Assembly (NCBI RefSeq): GCF_006345805.1
Contig: NC_043000.1
Span: 96,410,001-96,474,000 of the forward strand
DNA length: 64,000 nt
Reading direction: 5' to 3'
From: Octopus sinensis
Lineage: Eukaryota
The notes beneath the pieces were generated by a model. That model saw only the letters and a program-made list of their open reading frames with translations, made no database searches and had not been told where the DNA came from. Position 1 is the first letter of the stretch. Every line of letters starts with the position of its first letter. Below are positions 48,394-62,735 of the stretch, one piece after another. Made by a program: the position numbers and the translations under genes.

Positions 48394-48473
<80 letters not shown>

Positions 48474-48987
48474 TATACATGTATGTATTTACATATACAT
48501 GTACAATATATATAGATAGATATAGAAGCACATATATATGTATGTTTATATATATATATATATATATGTATGTATATACATGTGTATACACACACACGCA
48601 CACACACCTCCTCACACACACACACACACACTCACATGTATGCAAGTAAGTATGTATGTGTCTGTTTTTACGTATACAATATTTGTATATGTATAACTAC
48701 GTTTATGGCTTTATCTGTATGTATATCCTTATGCGTGGGCTGTCACATCTGAGGAGCGCAGATGAGTGTGTCGATGGTGTTACTGACATCCAACCCAGAA
48801 TTCATCTGCTTGTATCCTGTCATTGGCACTGTGTTATATCTATGAATACGATGGTAATATCCAGAAACAACTAAGTGATCAAACTGTAAAGCTCAAGTAT
48901 ATCATGTTATCTTGTAGTATGCTACACCAGTTAAGGTTGGGTAAATGACAGACATAGTCATACTGATTTGTCCCATACTAAATACTA

Positions 48988-49556
48988 TTAGGTCGTCCGG
49001 AAAGTTCGTGTCGATTTTTAAAAAAAAGAAACAGGTCAATAAATACTTGCCATTACATTTTAATCAACCAAATATGAACCATTTTGTTGCACAATGCGTC
49101 TCCATCTTTCCTTTAACTTGAAAATACTCTCTTCCCAGAATTGAGGTGGTTCCATGACAAAGAATTCATCAAGGTATCTTTTTACGTCATCCAAGGAATT
49201 GAAATTTTTACCATTAAAAAAGTCTATTGTGCAGTGACCTGAATAAGTGGAAATCCGAAGGAGCAATATCTGGTGAATATAGAGGGTGGGGTAACACATT
49301 CCAGCCAAGCTGCAGTAATTTTTGTCTGGTTCCCAAAGCACCAAGTGCTGAAAATGAACTTTCTTATCTTCCATTTTAAAGGGTTATAGAATTAACACAG
49401 GTTATAGGAACATAAATCTTCTTCCACGAAAAGATAGGTTAAACTGTGCTCTAAATGGAGGTGTAGTCAAATTCTATTTTATGGACACAACCATGTTCTA
49501 AAATAAATCGAAATGTAAGCTACTATAAATCGGCACGGACTTTCCGGACAACCCAA
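48988..49556 (-). mobile_element. Internally deleted mariner element
   Basis: TA|TTAGGTCGTCCGGAAAGTTCGTGTCGATTT ... AAATCGGCACGGACTTTCCGGACAACCCAA|TA; fused termini MEDKKVHFQHL...NGKNFNSLDDVK...ERWRRIVQQNGSYLVD. Confidence 0.9.
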
Positions 49557-49850
49557 TACATGAAGTCAAAATTTCTACAACCTAGTGGAATTCAAATTCA
49601 CCAGCGGTTATGGAAATAAAAGGGTAGTGAAGTATTCAAATGTCGACGATACGCTTCTTATAACAAGCTCTATGTTGTGTATAAGCCTAAGACAATCTCC
49701 AGTCATTTGCTACAAATCGTTACCAAAGGTTCTTGCAGGTAGCATTTATAACAAAAATGACTATACACGTTAACTGATGAGCATTTTGTTAGTTGAGAGC
49801 GGTGAATAAGTGAATTCAGGATACTAAAGTTTTGAAAAAGAACACGTACG

Positions 49851-49955
<105 letters not shown>

Positions 49956-50029
49956 AACATACACACCACACACACACACGCACGCACGCACACACACATG
50001 TATACATATGTACTTGAATTGTTGCAAGC

Positions 50030-50818
50030 ATGGCTGTGTGGCTAAGAAATTTGCTTTACAGCCACGTGGTTTCAGGTTCAATCCCACTGCCGTCTACTCT
50101 AGCTCTGAACCGATCAATGCCTTGTTAGTAAATTTGGAAGATGGAAACTGTGTGGAATCCTGTCGTGTATATATATGCGTGTGTGTCCGTGCGCATGCGT
50201 GTGGGTGAACGTGCGTGCGTTTGTGTGCGCGTGTGCGTATACGTATGTATGTGTTAGCGTGTCATTGTGTGTAAGGTATCTTTGTGTTTGTCCCCACCAC
50301 TAGTTAACAACCAGTGTTGGTTTGTTTACGCCCCTGTAACTTATTGGTTCGGCAAAAGACGGCGATAAAATAATTAGCAGCAGATTTGAAACAAATAAGT
50401 ACTGGATTGATTTGATTCACTAAGCCTTTCGAGGCGGTGCCCCTCTATGGCCGCAGTCCAATGTCCGAAACAAGGAAAAAGAATACATATCTATATGCAT
50501 GTATATATTTGATGTATTTTGTGTATTTTTGCAGTCCATAGGTTGAGACCGATATGTAAGTAGCGTCTGTAATATTTCGAAGTTGTTCCAAATAAATGAT
50601 ATCTGTTGATTACTCTTTTACTCTTATACTTGTTTCAATCATCTGACTGCGGCCTTGCTGGAGCACCGCGTTTAGTCGAGGAAATCGACTCCAGGACTTA
50701 TTTTTTGTAAGCCTAGTACTTATTCTATCGGTCTCTTTTGCCGAACTTCTAAGTGACGGGGACGCAAACACACCAGCATCAGTTGTCAAGCGATGTTGGG
50801 GGGACAAACACAGACACA

Positions 50819-50860
<42 letters not shown>

Positions 50861-51020
50861 TATATACGACGGGCTTCTTTCAGTTTCCGTCTACCAAATC
50901 CACTCACAAGGCTTTGGTCGGCTCGAGGCTATAGTAGAAGACACTTGCCCAAGGTGCCATGCAGTGGGACTGAACCCGGAACCATGTGGATAGTAAGCAA
51001 GCTACGTACCACACAGCCTA
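50030..51020. mobile_element. Tail-to-tail pair of family B SINEs (+ ~50030-50480 older; - ~50610-51020 younger)
   Basis: Both carry the family B head, microsatellite core and tail, in opposite orientations. Confidence 0.8.
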
Positions 51021-52266
51021 TGGTTTCTCACTTGATTTTTCATCTCATTAAGAGTTTCCCCGTAACATCAGTGACTTTATACATGAAGGCTCACCATTAC
51101 AAACACACAACTGCACATACGTAAACGCATGCATGTAAATATATCAACAGTAAGATTATATGCTTTGGAACACTTAATAACATACAACCCCCCCCCCCCC
51201 CCCGAAAAATAACCTAATTTACTTTCCAACCCCCAACCCCCAAAAAGGACTCATTTGATGAGGTCACATAAGTTGCTATAAAAATGTTTTTCTGTAAAAA
51301 CGAAGGGAAATTTAGAACAGAAGGTATTAATTAGAATGATATAGTACCAGTGTTTAAAATAATAGTTTTCGACCAGTGTAATGTAATATTCTTTGCAACT
51401 TCGTGGTTCCGGCACATTGGGCTAGTGTCTTCTGTTATAGTTCTGGGCCGACCAATGATTTGTGAGGGAATTTGGTAGACTGAAACTCGGTAGGATCCCC
51501 TCGTATATATGTGTATGTGTGTTTTTGTGTTTGTGTGTGCGTTTATCCTATCACCGCTTAAGAACTGATGTTGGTTTGTTTACGTCCTCGCAACTTAGCT
51601 GTTCAACATAAGAGAACGACAGAGTATGTACAAGACTTAAAAAGAAAAGTCAGTAATGGGATCGATTTGTTCCCCTAAAACTCTTCAAGGCGGTGCCCCC
51701 AAAAGGAAGAAAATGGCGAAAATTCTGTTAGAACCAACGAATTCAGATTTTTTTGTTCAAACCATTTGAATTTTGCAATAAATGGATAGCTTCTCTGTTG
51801 AACAAGGGAGTAAATGGCAGTTAGATCGAAAATTACCATTAATGCATGGCGATGAGTAAAACACGCAAAAAAATAAGCGAAACACAGGTACGACTGAGAT
51901 GGAGGTAGAATTACTTCTGCCTTTATAGCGCGTAAAGAAAACGTTGTTGTAGGAATGTACGAAGCACGTGTACTACAGCAGTACTATACGTAGTTTTAAC
52001 ACTGAAATTGAAGGGCAGTGGCGAATTATGCCTACCTAATCTACAAAAAAAAAAAAGAACAAGATATATTGCATTTTATGCATTGTAATCAGAGTAACCT
52101 CCATAATTTTATTGAATTAGGTGCATATTATTATATGCCATGAAAGGAAAATGTTGCTATCGATCTATTTTGTTCAAGGTAGGCAGTGCCTACATTGCCT
52201 GCCGAGGCGGCACGTCCCATATATATATATATAAGCATACGTGTATATAGATGCCCACTACATGGA

Positions 52267-52328
<62 letters not shown>

Positions 52329-52370
52329 TGTACCCATACGTATACATGCACACACAGACATATATGTATA

Positions 52371-52960
52371 TCTATTATATAAAATCCGTTCTGTCTGTCT
52401 GTCTGTCCGTGTGTGTGTCTTCTAGGATCTCGGGCACCCTCCATCCGATTACGCTCAAATTTGATATGTAGATACCGGCGGTATCAGGGCGTGTATAAGT
52501 CTTGAAAAAATTACAAAAATCGATTCCAGGTGAGAATGCGATCGATAAAGCCGTGGGAACGTGCATTTGTACGCGCAAGTATATCAGCTGTTGCGATCGA
52601 TACTATGCGTGCGCGAGAAAAATGCACGTGCATTTTGCGCAAAAAAGCCGGCTGGCTTGAAATAATGCCACAAAATGTAGTATATTTAAGAGACCAAAAA
52701 AGCCTGACCTTTAGCCACAGAAGGATGTGGGCATGCGGTAGGCCTCTCTTCTGCCATTCGACGTTGTATGTGAAACAACGAACTGCTCCGAACAACTGGC
52801 CGTACCTGAGCAAATCCATCATTTTTTGAAGCTTCAGATGGAAGACACGTGCAATGATGTCGTGCCTGTGAGAGGAATGTTGGCCATTGAGGAGATGCGG
52901 ATTTTGGTTTAAATGTTTCACAACTCAGCACCGTCCATTGGACGAGGGGCGTTTTGCTCG
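52371..52960 (+). mobile_element. Non-autonomous Helitron carrying an antisense Rep fragment
   Basis: A|TCTATTATATAAAATCCGTTCTGTCTGTCTG 5' end; 3' hairpin CGTCC-ATT-GGACG then CTCG|T; minus strand encodes RHDIIARVFHLKL...VEWQKRGLPHAHILLWL (Helitron Rep HUH motif). Confidence 0.8.
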
Positions 52961-53666
52961 TGCTATATATAACAGCTTAATATTAATCTTTTCAGCCAGT
53001 CTAATCACTTACTACTTTTTACTGCATACATGAGAATAAAACTTCGACAACGGAAGGATACTGAATACAAATGACTTAAAATCACGATTTTCCACTTTTT
53101 CTGTCCATCGACAGATAAAAAACTGCAGAAGCTAAAACTATGTTCATAAAGCAAAAAGGATATACTTTACATTATATTTCAAATTACCTAAAATCTTTTT
53201 TTTTCTTTTCGCCCTTTTCAAGCATAGCCAGGCTCATGGGTTTCCCGGTTTCTGTGGCGTATGTGTTGCCCCCAGCTGGACTGGACGCCAGTCCATCGCT
53301 GCGTTACTCAAGAAACAGGAAGAGAGAGAAAGTTATGGCGAAAGATTACAACAGTGGTCGCCACCACTCCCTGCCGGAGCCTCGTGGAGCTTTTAGGTGT
53401 TTTCGCTCAATAAACACACACAATGCCCGGTCTGGGAATCGAAACTACGATCCTCCGACCGGGAGTCCCCTGCCCTAACCACTGGGCCATTGCGCCTCCA
53501 CAAGTAGTATCTTAGTGATTAGTTAATTAAATATACGGCTATATTATAAATGGTATCTTTAACAAACACCCAAACACAAACCCACCCACTCACACACACG
53601 CACGTACATACGCATGCACGCACGCACAGGCACACACGCACGCACACACACACACATACACATACA

Positions 53667-53699
<33 letters not shown>

Positions 53700-54479
53700 C
53701 ACACACACACACACACATACACACAATAATTTTTCCCCTGCGTTAAGTAGTCATACTTTCTCTAACATTTAAAAACCTCTGGGCAATGTTTTTAATCAAG
53801 ACCTGTTAAGACAGGCAACGCTTAAAACTCTCGTATTTGGTAGGCATTGAATGCCCTGCGCTTTCTAAAATGATTCAAATAATATTTGCTAAAGAGCTTA
53901 CGTTGTTCTTTTCTCACACCAAACATATTTCTAATTAGATATTTGATTCTCATTGCTTTGAATATGTTAACACGAATACAACTATTGAAAATGATCTCTT
54001 CCATTAGCTAAATATAATTGTACGATTTCCCCCAGTAAATGTATAATCCTTACTGAAGTATTTCTATTAGATTTAATGAACAATGTGTCTTAATCAATTT
54101 AAAGTAGTTGTTAAGAAAATGAAATTATTTAATAAAAAGTATTGCTTTAGCAAAACGCACATACACTCGCGTGCGTAGACATATGGCTGCAGTAAATATC
54201 ACTGGCACATACTATGTTAGCTAAATATGATTATGATTTCTCAGCAAATCTCAGTTCTTTACTCAACCATTTGCTTTTCTTTAGAATTAATAAACAATAA
54301 ATCTGTATCTTTTAAAATGAAAAAGTTAAAATAAAACGTATAGAAATGGCGGCCATCATATACATACATACATACATACATACATACATACATACATACA
54401 TACATACATACATACATACATACATACATACATACATACATACATACATACATACATACATACATACATACATACATAC

Positions 54480-54520
<41 letters not shown>

Positions 54521-54721
54521 GGCAAACAGTCAGACAGACAGATAGATACATGGTTAGATAGATAGACAGATAGATATACATGAATACACACATCTGAAAT
54601 TTCTATACTCCTTGCATGTGGTATCAAAGGTGTATGCGCTATTTGTAGTAGGTATGTGATGGATTGTGGTTCCGTTGATCGAATCAACTGGAACCTTGTC
54701 GTCGTAACCGACGGAGTGCCA

Positions 54722-54774
<53 letters not shown>

Positions 54775-54791
54775 ATATATATATACACATA

Positions 54792-56049
54792 GTGTCATCC
54801 AGTGTTTTCAATTGCATGAACTAAAAGTCGGAAGAGGACGAGATAAACTACCTGCATCAACTTGCTATAAAAGCAGGTAGTAATTTTACCTTGTATTTAT
54901 TCTTAGTGTAAGTTTTGAAGAGTGCAGTTCGATTTTAACAGTTATTTTTCAAAGCTATAATGGAAGTGACAAAGGAGCATATTCAGCATATTTTGGTTTA
55001 CGAATTCAATAAAGGCAATAACGCAACGGAAAGAGCGAGGAATATTAAAGCAGTATATGAGGATCAGACGATAAGCATAAGCCAGTGTCAACAGTGGTTC
55101 CAGAAATTCCGAACCGGAAAGTGCAGCCTAGAAGACGAGCCTCATCCTGGAAGATCTGTAGAGCTCGACGAGTACGTCTTGCAAATCCTGGTGGAACAAA
55201 ATCCCATCGTGACTGTTGAGGATCTAGTAGAGAAGATTGGATTTTGTCATTCAATCACTCATCGACACCTGCGTGCCATCGGAAAAGTCTGCAAATTGTG
55301 TCAATGGGTTCCTCACAAACTTTCCGAGTCTAATCACACGCAGAGAGTAAATGTGTGCTCTTCTTTGCTGTCACATCTCACGAATGAACCTTTTTTAGAC
55401 CGAATAGTGACTGGTGACGAGAAATGGGTTCTCTATAAAAATGTCAAGGGCCGAAAGCAATGGGTATGGAAAGGAGAAACACCGGCACCCCAGGCTAAAG
55501 AAGGTCTTTACCCATGCAAGGTGTTGTTATTTGTTTGGTGGGATATGAAAGGTTTAGTCCACTTTGAACTTTTAAGCCCAAACCAAACGATAACAAAGGA
55601 GATCTACTGTGAGCAGCTTGAGCGGCTTAGGTCAGCGCCAGAAGGAAAATGACTATCTTTGGTTTCAAGACAAAATGTGCTCTTCCACCAGGATAATGCT
55701 CGGCTACATACAGCGAGGATGTCATTCCAAAGACTGGAGTAGTTTGAATGGGAAATGATGCCCCACCTACCATATTCGCTGGATACTGCCCCATCCGATT
55801 ATCATTTATTCCGCAGTCTTCAAAATTATTTGGACGGAAAAATATGAAGTCAGAACAGTACTGGAAAAGTATTTTTCGTCACGGACAAGTGAATTTTGGA
55901 AGAGGGGACTTGCAAGACTATCAGATAGATGTAAGAGCATTGTAGAAAATGAAGGAGAGTATAGTTTAGATTAAAAAGAACTTTGTTTATCTTAATTTTG
56001 AAAAATAAATGAAGTATACAAAAACCGCATTATTTATGGGATGACCCAA
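54792..56049 (+). mobile_element. Near full-length mariner (DD34D) transposon, inactivated
   Basis: Right TIR GCATTATTTATGGGATGACCCAA|TA, decayed left TIR (GTGTCATCC); ~1.26 kb. Confidence 0.9.
54960..55974 (+). pseudogene. Mariner transposase pseudogene
   Basis: WVPHKL, IVTGDEKW, HQDNA, YSLDTAPSDYHLF with 34 positions between the 2nd and 3rd Asp; in-frame TGA (55650-55652), TAG (~55739) and a later frameshift. Confidence 0.92.
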
Positions 56050-56086
56050 TACGTATATACACATATATTATTTATACACACATGTA

Positions 56087-56216
56087 TAGTAGAACCTCGG
56101 TTTTCGAGCAACTCTGATCACGAATAAATCGTATTTAATCTCCTGTCTTTCTCATATTCATTTAATATAGTAGCTCGGTTTACGAACGCCTATGATCACG
56201 AATAAATAGTGCTTTA

Positions 56217-56311
<95 letters not shown>

Positions 56312-56339
56312 ATATATATATATCTACCATAGTGCTTTA

Positions 56340-56424
<85 letters not shown>

Positions 56425-56527
56425 GTCTGTCTGTCTGTCCGTCCGTCTGTCTGTCTGTCTGTCTGTCTGTATATATAAAGCACGATTTATTCGCAATCAG
56501 AGTTGTTCGAAAACTGAGGTACTACTG
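56087..56527. mobile_element. Tigger/pogo-like MITE with internal (TCTA)n expansions
   Basis: TA|TAGTAGAACCTCGGTTTTCGAGCAACTCTGATCACGAATAAATCGT ... ACGATTTATTCGCAATCAGAGTTGTTCGAAAACTGAGGTACTACTG|TA. Confidence 0.8.
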
Positions 56528-56639
56528 TATACATAAAACAGGATGTTATTGTGCACCAACAATGTGTGTTTGTACACCAACAAACACACATGCGTACAAA
56601 AACATACATTAAATAATCACATTATGCAAAAAATAGGGC

Positions 56640-58513
56640 TACCTCCAAATGTCCTGGCTTTTAGGTAGCGTGTTTTTGCTGGGTACAGATAGTAATAGGA
56701 GGGGATGTAAATGCCTCAAATATCTGCTCAGACGTTTCCAACTGTCTGACAGGTACCGACTCGACCACCCGAATGTGCTAATGTGGACATGGAGCAACCG
56801 CATCGGGTCGTATTTAGATAGAGTATTCTGTAGGACAGTGGATAAGGAGAGTGTAGGCTGTCCACAATTCCATATAGTCAACTACACAGATCACAAATTT
56901 GTGACTCGTAAACTTGACTTAGATAAGACACATAGGCAGGGTCCCGGTTACTGGAAGATGAACGCGTCGTTCACAGCACGCTAGGCTTACAGGGACCGGA
57001 TTAGCACATTAGTTAAGAGAGCACTGACGGACGCCATCGTCAACAATAGATAGTGGTATGCCCTAAAGAAAGCAATTAAAGTAGAATCGGTTAGGTACAG
57101 TAAGGCCCTAGCATTAGACCGAAATAGAATAGAGGGCGACCTAGAAATTAGAAGAGGCACATCACGCGTTCAGTTCGTCAAGGATGCCCCCTCTCGTCGC
57201 TTCTGTACGTATTGACTCTTGAGTCACTACTGCGGAAGCTGGCGATGTTGAGGGGCATCCCGCGAGAGCTGGGATGCGGGAGGAGCGTGTCTGCATACAT
57301 GGACGACGTCACCGTGATAGTGTCGAGCCACAAGCACATCGAGCTGGTCCGCGAGACACTAAAAGAATACGAAGCGGTAACGGGAGCAAAAATTAACCAG
57401 GAAGAGTCAGTGGATTTGCAGCTCGGCACCTGGAGAAGCAAGCCCATGCCGTCCAACAGCGTCTCCATCGTGGGACACTGAACCGACGGGCTAGTTAAAT
57501 TGCTCGGAGTTTGGTTCGGTATGGACCTCCAAATGGAGAAGAGCTGGGACGAGATAACGAGTAGGGTGGCCACTTTAACCCAGCAATAAGCCGAGAGGAA
57601 GCTATCCCTAAAAGGTCGGGCGGAGGTGGCGAATTCGTACATCGCATCCGTCATCGATTACCGTCTGACCGTCGTGCATTCTCCTGACTCTACCATCACC
57701 AAACTGGAACGCATACTCTTCCATTTTTTGTGGAAGAGAAGCGTTCCGATGGTTAGGAAATCCATTTGCTGTCAACACCCGCTAAATGGAGGGTTGGGCA
57801 TGCCGTGGTTGATGATACGCAGACATGCGCTGAGACTGCGACATCTCCGGCACTTCATAGACAACGGTGAACAGGTGTGGTCGCCGTTTGCGCGGCGCGC
57901 TTTCCCGCAGCTTGACTCTTTGGCCGAACTACTGTCGGGGATCAGAGACCGAGGCTAGGCGAATGGCACCGCGAGTTCCGCCTTGCTCTCAAGCAACTCT
58001 GCCGTCCGGGACCAAACTTGTGCGACTTCAATTCCACAAAGGCGTTCTATAGAAGATTAATGGACGACATTCTCGGGTAGAATCTGGGCGTCGACGGGAA
58101 ACATCTGACCCGCCTGTTCAGGACAACTTTCCGACCGGGACCTATGGACAATCACCAGAGATCTCTGGCCTGACAGTGCTATCGAGAAGCATTACCCGTT
58201 CGGGATAAGCTCTACAGGCGCGATTCGAGACACACCGAACCGACTTGGTCTGCCACCGGGAAGGTAAGGCAGTCTTCGTCGTACTAGTGGCCATGGTGAA
58301 AGAATGTGTGTGGTGGACTCGAGCGAAAGGTTTGGAGACAAACACTTTCCTCTCTGGCCAATCGCTCATCAACTTTTTCAAGTACCACTTGAAAAGGAAG
58401 GTGAGAAAAGAGAGGCAAGTTTTGTCTCGTAAAAGTTTTCAATAAAAGGTGCAAAGATGGTACGCGCGAATGACGAAACCACTTTGAGCATGACCCTGTA
58501 AATCGAAAAAAAC

Positions 58514-58549
<36 letters not shown>

Positions 58550-58825
58550 ACTTTGCTCTCATGTGTTTTTTTTCCTTCCCTGCCTGAGATTACCGTGGTC
58601 TTTTTTGTTGGCTTTTCTTTCCACGGATAAACCTAATCTGTTTTTACGTTTTTGATGTTCTCTGTGATACACGATCCCTTTTGATGGTTTTTTAAAAAGT
58701 TTTTTACACTATCCCCTTTTGATCGGAAATTTATTTTCTCCTCTCCCTTTTTTTTCTTTCGAACAGAAAAGCTCTACATTGTATTTTGTCCCCTCTGTGT
58801 TCGGCCCTGTGTGGCTAATAGAGAA
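56640..58825 (+). mobile_element. Tx1/L1-clade LINE, internally deleted and decayed
   Basis: Endonuclease end WTWSN..SYLDRVF...TDH..GPGYWKMN; RT VRQGCPLS, SAYMDDVTV, KLLGVWFG, LSLKGRAEVAN, GGLGMP. Confidence 0.88.
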
Positions 58826-59008
58826 ATATATATCATGGGGCTAAATGCAACAGTAACACCCCCACCACCCTGCCCTGTCCCTAGCCATATTCAGATGGCT
58901 TTAGTCCCTTATGTTATATATATGATGTTATACACATATATAGATAGATCTAGAGATAGATGGATAGATAGATAAATAGGTAGATCTATGTCTGTATAAC
59001 ATCATATA

Positions 59009-59062
<54 letters not shown>

Positions 59063-59579
59063 ATATATATTATTTATTTATTTATTTATTTTATTTTATC
59101 TAGTTTCAGCTCACGAGCTGTGGCCATGCTGGGGCACCGCAATATATATATATATTCTTTTATGCTTATTTGTAAAAATTTCACATTCAAAGTTGAAATG
59201 TGGTTTCCAAACTTTTCGCTTGTTTTTCTGACCGTTGTATCTTCGAGCGCTCAAAGTAACCTGATTATTCCTTTCCAAGATCTGACCGTCACTAAAAATT
59301 AAGTTACCTAAATTGTCAGTTCCTTTTTTTTTCTTTTTCAGAAGGAACCAACAATTTTTCGTTGCCCGTAGCAGTCAAATCGGCATCTAACATAACAAAG
59401 TAATATCGACACAGTGTGTTCCCTAGAGACGACACTTACTCGGCGAATGAACTCACTACATTTAAATATAATGTCATTGAGAGTAATAGATATAGTCCTA
59501 TGTAAAAGAGTCGTGGACTGAACGGACAAAATGGCTGACGACAAGGATGATGGAATAAGGACGAGGAAGAAGGGTAGTT

Positions 59580-59990
59580 AATGGTGGTGGTATTAGCGAT
59601 AGAGGTACTGGTGGTGCTGTTTGTTGCTGGTGGTAGTGTTGATGATTGTGGTTGTGGTGACGTTGTTGGTGATAGTAGTGGGGAGGGACAAGGAGATGGA
59701 ATTGACGGTGGTGGCTTTGGTGATGGTGGAGATGGTAGTAGCTGCGATGGTGATGGTGATAGTAATAGAGGTGGCTGTGATAGTGATGGTACTGATAATG
59801 CAGTGGTGGTGGTAGCGGTTGCAGTCATAGTGGTGTTGTTGGTGATGGTGGAACAGATGTAGCAACAATAGCAGTGGTCGTGGTGGTGATACTGAAGGTG
59901 GTATGGTGATAACGGAGGTGGTGGTGGCAGTGGTTGTGATAGTAGTGATATCATAATAATTTTGCTGATGATTGTGATGGTGAAAGGTGG
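59580..59990. repeat. Degenerate (GGT/GAT)n low-complexity tract
   Basis: Triplet-rich degenerate repeat giving Pro/Thr/Val-rich spurious ORFs. Confidence 0.85.
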
Positions 59991-60598
59991 CAGCCGTGTT
60001 GATAGATTTTCTGATTTTGTCGAAATGATTGTGGTATCCAGTTCTAGTTTTTTTTATTCGCAAAATATGCATTTTTTAAAAGACAGTAAAAAAAATCTGA
60101 AAATCGGCTATAATAATATAGTTTTCCAGTCTTATTTCTATGAAGGTGTGATGTTGTGGAGAAAAAAAAACTGGAGGAAAAAGTTACAGAGGTTTAAAAA
60201 TCGAAAAAAAAAACAAACTGTGTATTTTTAGCCAATAGCGAGACAGAAATTTTCTGCGTTTAGTGGAGTGGTGTCAACTTTAAGGTTGGGCCCTGCGAAA
60301 TTTATAGTTTAGCGTCTGTGAAATGACCTGTTCAGTGTAGGTTTCTAAATAAACAGAAATAACTAATAAAATCAACATGTATAATCTTACTGTATCTTTT
60401 GTCTCTTCATTGATTATATGTTTTTATTATTTAAAAAAAAAAAATGTTATATTAATATATTTGTCTGTATGTGTTTACTTTATGCGTATTTCAGTATTAT
60501 GTATACCTGTCATGTATTTGTGTTAATCATTAATATATAAGTACATGAAAGTTGAGTAACGTTTCCATGCTTGGATTTATAAACTACGATAAGAATAA

Positions 60599-61020
60599 CA
60601 CTGGTCAACAAAGGATTTGTTCCAAGAAAAAGAGTACCTGTATCTTATGTTTTTGCATGCAGAATTCAAAAATAATGTCAGATTTTCTGTATCACCCACA
60701 GTTTCGTTGTTTCACGATATTCCTCTCAGTTCCTGTTATGTGGGCTCAATTTCAGTTAAGCTGTTGAAATGTGAAGCTAACGGTTTAAGAAATTCTCTTA
60801 ATTTAAATGTTTATGAATAGAATTAACTTAGTGAAATCACAAATCCAGCTATCTGAGTCCCTGAAGCTTGAAAATCCTGAGCCGATGAGTCACCGATGCT
60901 TTGTCAGTACTGTGCTTGAAGTGTGGGTGTGCGGTTGTATACAAAGTTCACATATTCCATTCACCTTTATAATGCCAAGAAGCTGTATAAACATCGCAAA
61001 CAACTTTTGCTATATATGAA
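60599..61020 (+). mobile_element. Chapaev3-like (CMC) DNA transposon 5' fragment
   Basis: TAA|CACTGGTCAACAAA terminus and transposase start MPRSCINIANNFCYI* (Chapaev3 N-terminal C......FCYIC pattern). Confidence 0.6.
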
Positions 61021-61232
61021 AAATATGTAAAATATCAAGATAATTGAATAAAAATATCTATAATAAAATATACATCGATGCATCGATACACCAAAATTGA
61101 AAGCAATCCGAGCAAAATTAAAGGGGGGCTCATTTTGCGAATGAAAATGCTAAATCCTCCAGTTCTTGTAAAATGCCAAAGTCGTCGAGTTTGCAGTTGT
61201 TTAATGAAAATGTCCTGCATCAGTGTCTGTAT

Positions 61233-61326
<94 letters not shown>

Positions 61327-61419
61327 TATCTTTCTCTTTTTAATCTAGGATAAATTTTGACCGGCCACCTACTTGGTAGTAAGGTCGTGAAAGAATGCAT
61401 CTTGTTTCGTTCATCATTC

Positions 61420-61720
61420 TTAAATTCTTACGAAGGTCTTGCAGATTTTTATAGTCTCAGATATCGTGATCAATTGTAGCGTGTGAATTAAGGATTTGCG
61501 TTTTCTTTCGAGATCCCAAGTTCAGCCATGCTTAGCTCCAAACGGTTTGCTATGCACTTTGTTGCTTCAACTATAACAAGTATGAATCTGAAAGTGTGTT
61601 TTGGGAACTGGATTTGCAAACTCCTTATCAATGGTTCATAGCTGTCCTCTTTCTCTTGTATTTTTCTAAGCACATTGTACTGACCAATTCTCAAATGCCT
61701 GCAACAATTTTGGTCTCACT
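61420..61720 (-). mobile_element. R4/Dong-type RLE fragment
   Basis: KIQEKEDSYEPLIRSLQIQFPKHTFRFILVIVEA, homologous to the C-termini of the 32-37 kb copies. Confidence 0.7.
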
Positions 61721-61849
61721 ATGAATACTGCAAAACAAAAGACTAGCATCACTCTTTCCCAGAACATGCATAGTGTTCACTTCCTAGAATAAAATTACAT
61801 GGAACTGAGTTGAGAAATGAAAATAATTTTGAATATTTTGGAAATATAC

Positions 61850-62540
61850 TATCCTCGAATTCCTACATTGATATTGAGGTGTCATTACACATTTGGAAAA
61901 CTGCAACATAGAGTGTAGGACAGCGCTGGTGTTCGCAACGATACCGAAATTAATATTTGCAATGCTGTCATCAAATGGAAGTAGCATTGCAAACTTTAAT
62001 TCTGGTGTCTCCTCTATGATGTTGAAACATGGATTCATACAAAACAAAACAGAAACAACCCCCACCACCATTTCCACATGTCTCACTTAAGGAAGATTCT
62101 TGGAAAAATATAGCAGGATTGAATTCTCCCAATGTACAAAGAATCAGGCATGCCAAAACACCTAGATTGTTGGTCAAGATCAAGCAAATTCATATTGTAT
62201 TGGACTGGATACGATACTCAAATGTTTGGCTTAAGACTGTCACAAGCAATCTTCTATTCTGAGCTTAAAAACTTCAAGGTTCAGAGGTGATTCACTTTGT
62301 AAAAAATTCAAAGATGCATCGGTGCAAACCACAAAGACTATAACATCAACCCAAACTCATAAGAAGATATTATTCGAGACGGGTTCTGCTTGGAAGGAAG
62401 TTAGTACCAAGAAGCTTGAATTGCCACGAATCTGTATAGCAGAGTCCAAAAAGAGAAGCTCGCAAATCAAGCCCTTACAATCCTAATGTAAGTGAACATT
62501 AGTGTGCAGTCTGTGAAAAACATCTGCAAGAGAAGGCCTT
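61850..62540 (+). mobile_element. Heavily decayed RTE-clade LINE 3' part
   Basis: Frameshifted LYDVETWIHTKQ, QAIFYSELK, KKFKD, DYNINPNS*EDI, CAVCEK. Confidence 0.6.
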
Positions 62541-62693
62541 ATTGATTATACCAAAATCTATAAACAGGAAATATTTCCCTTTTTATTTACAGTTGCTAAG
62601 TCATCGTCAAATGTGACTGTCGACTTGTATGTATATATATATATATATGTATGTTTGTACTTACATATAAGAGAACAAAGTGTACGTACGCTG

Positions 62694-62735
<42 letters not shown>

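Noticed and set aside
53440-53502. tRNA gene candidates at SINE heads (also 4915-4976, 39455-39518)
   Set aside because: No closed acceptor stem; they continue into a shared SINE body, so they are tRNA-derived SINE heads.
61784-62262. Non-repetitive-looking ORFs as exons of a second host gene
   Set aside because: Plus-strand frames contain scattered RTE ORF motifs with stops and frameshifts, explaining the region as a decayed LINE.
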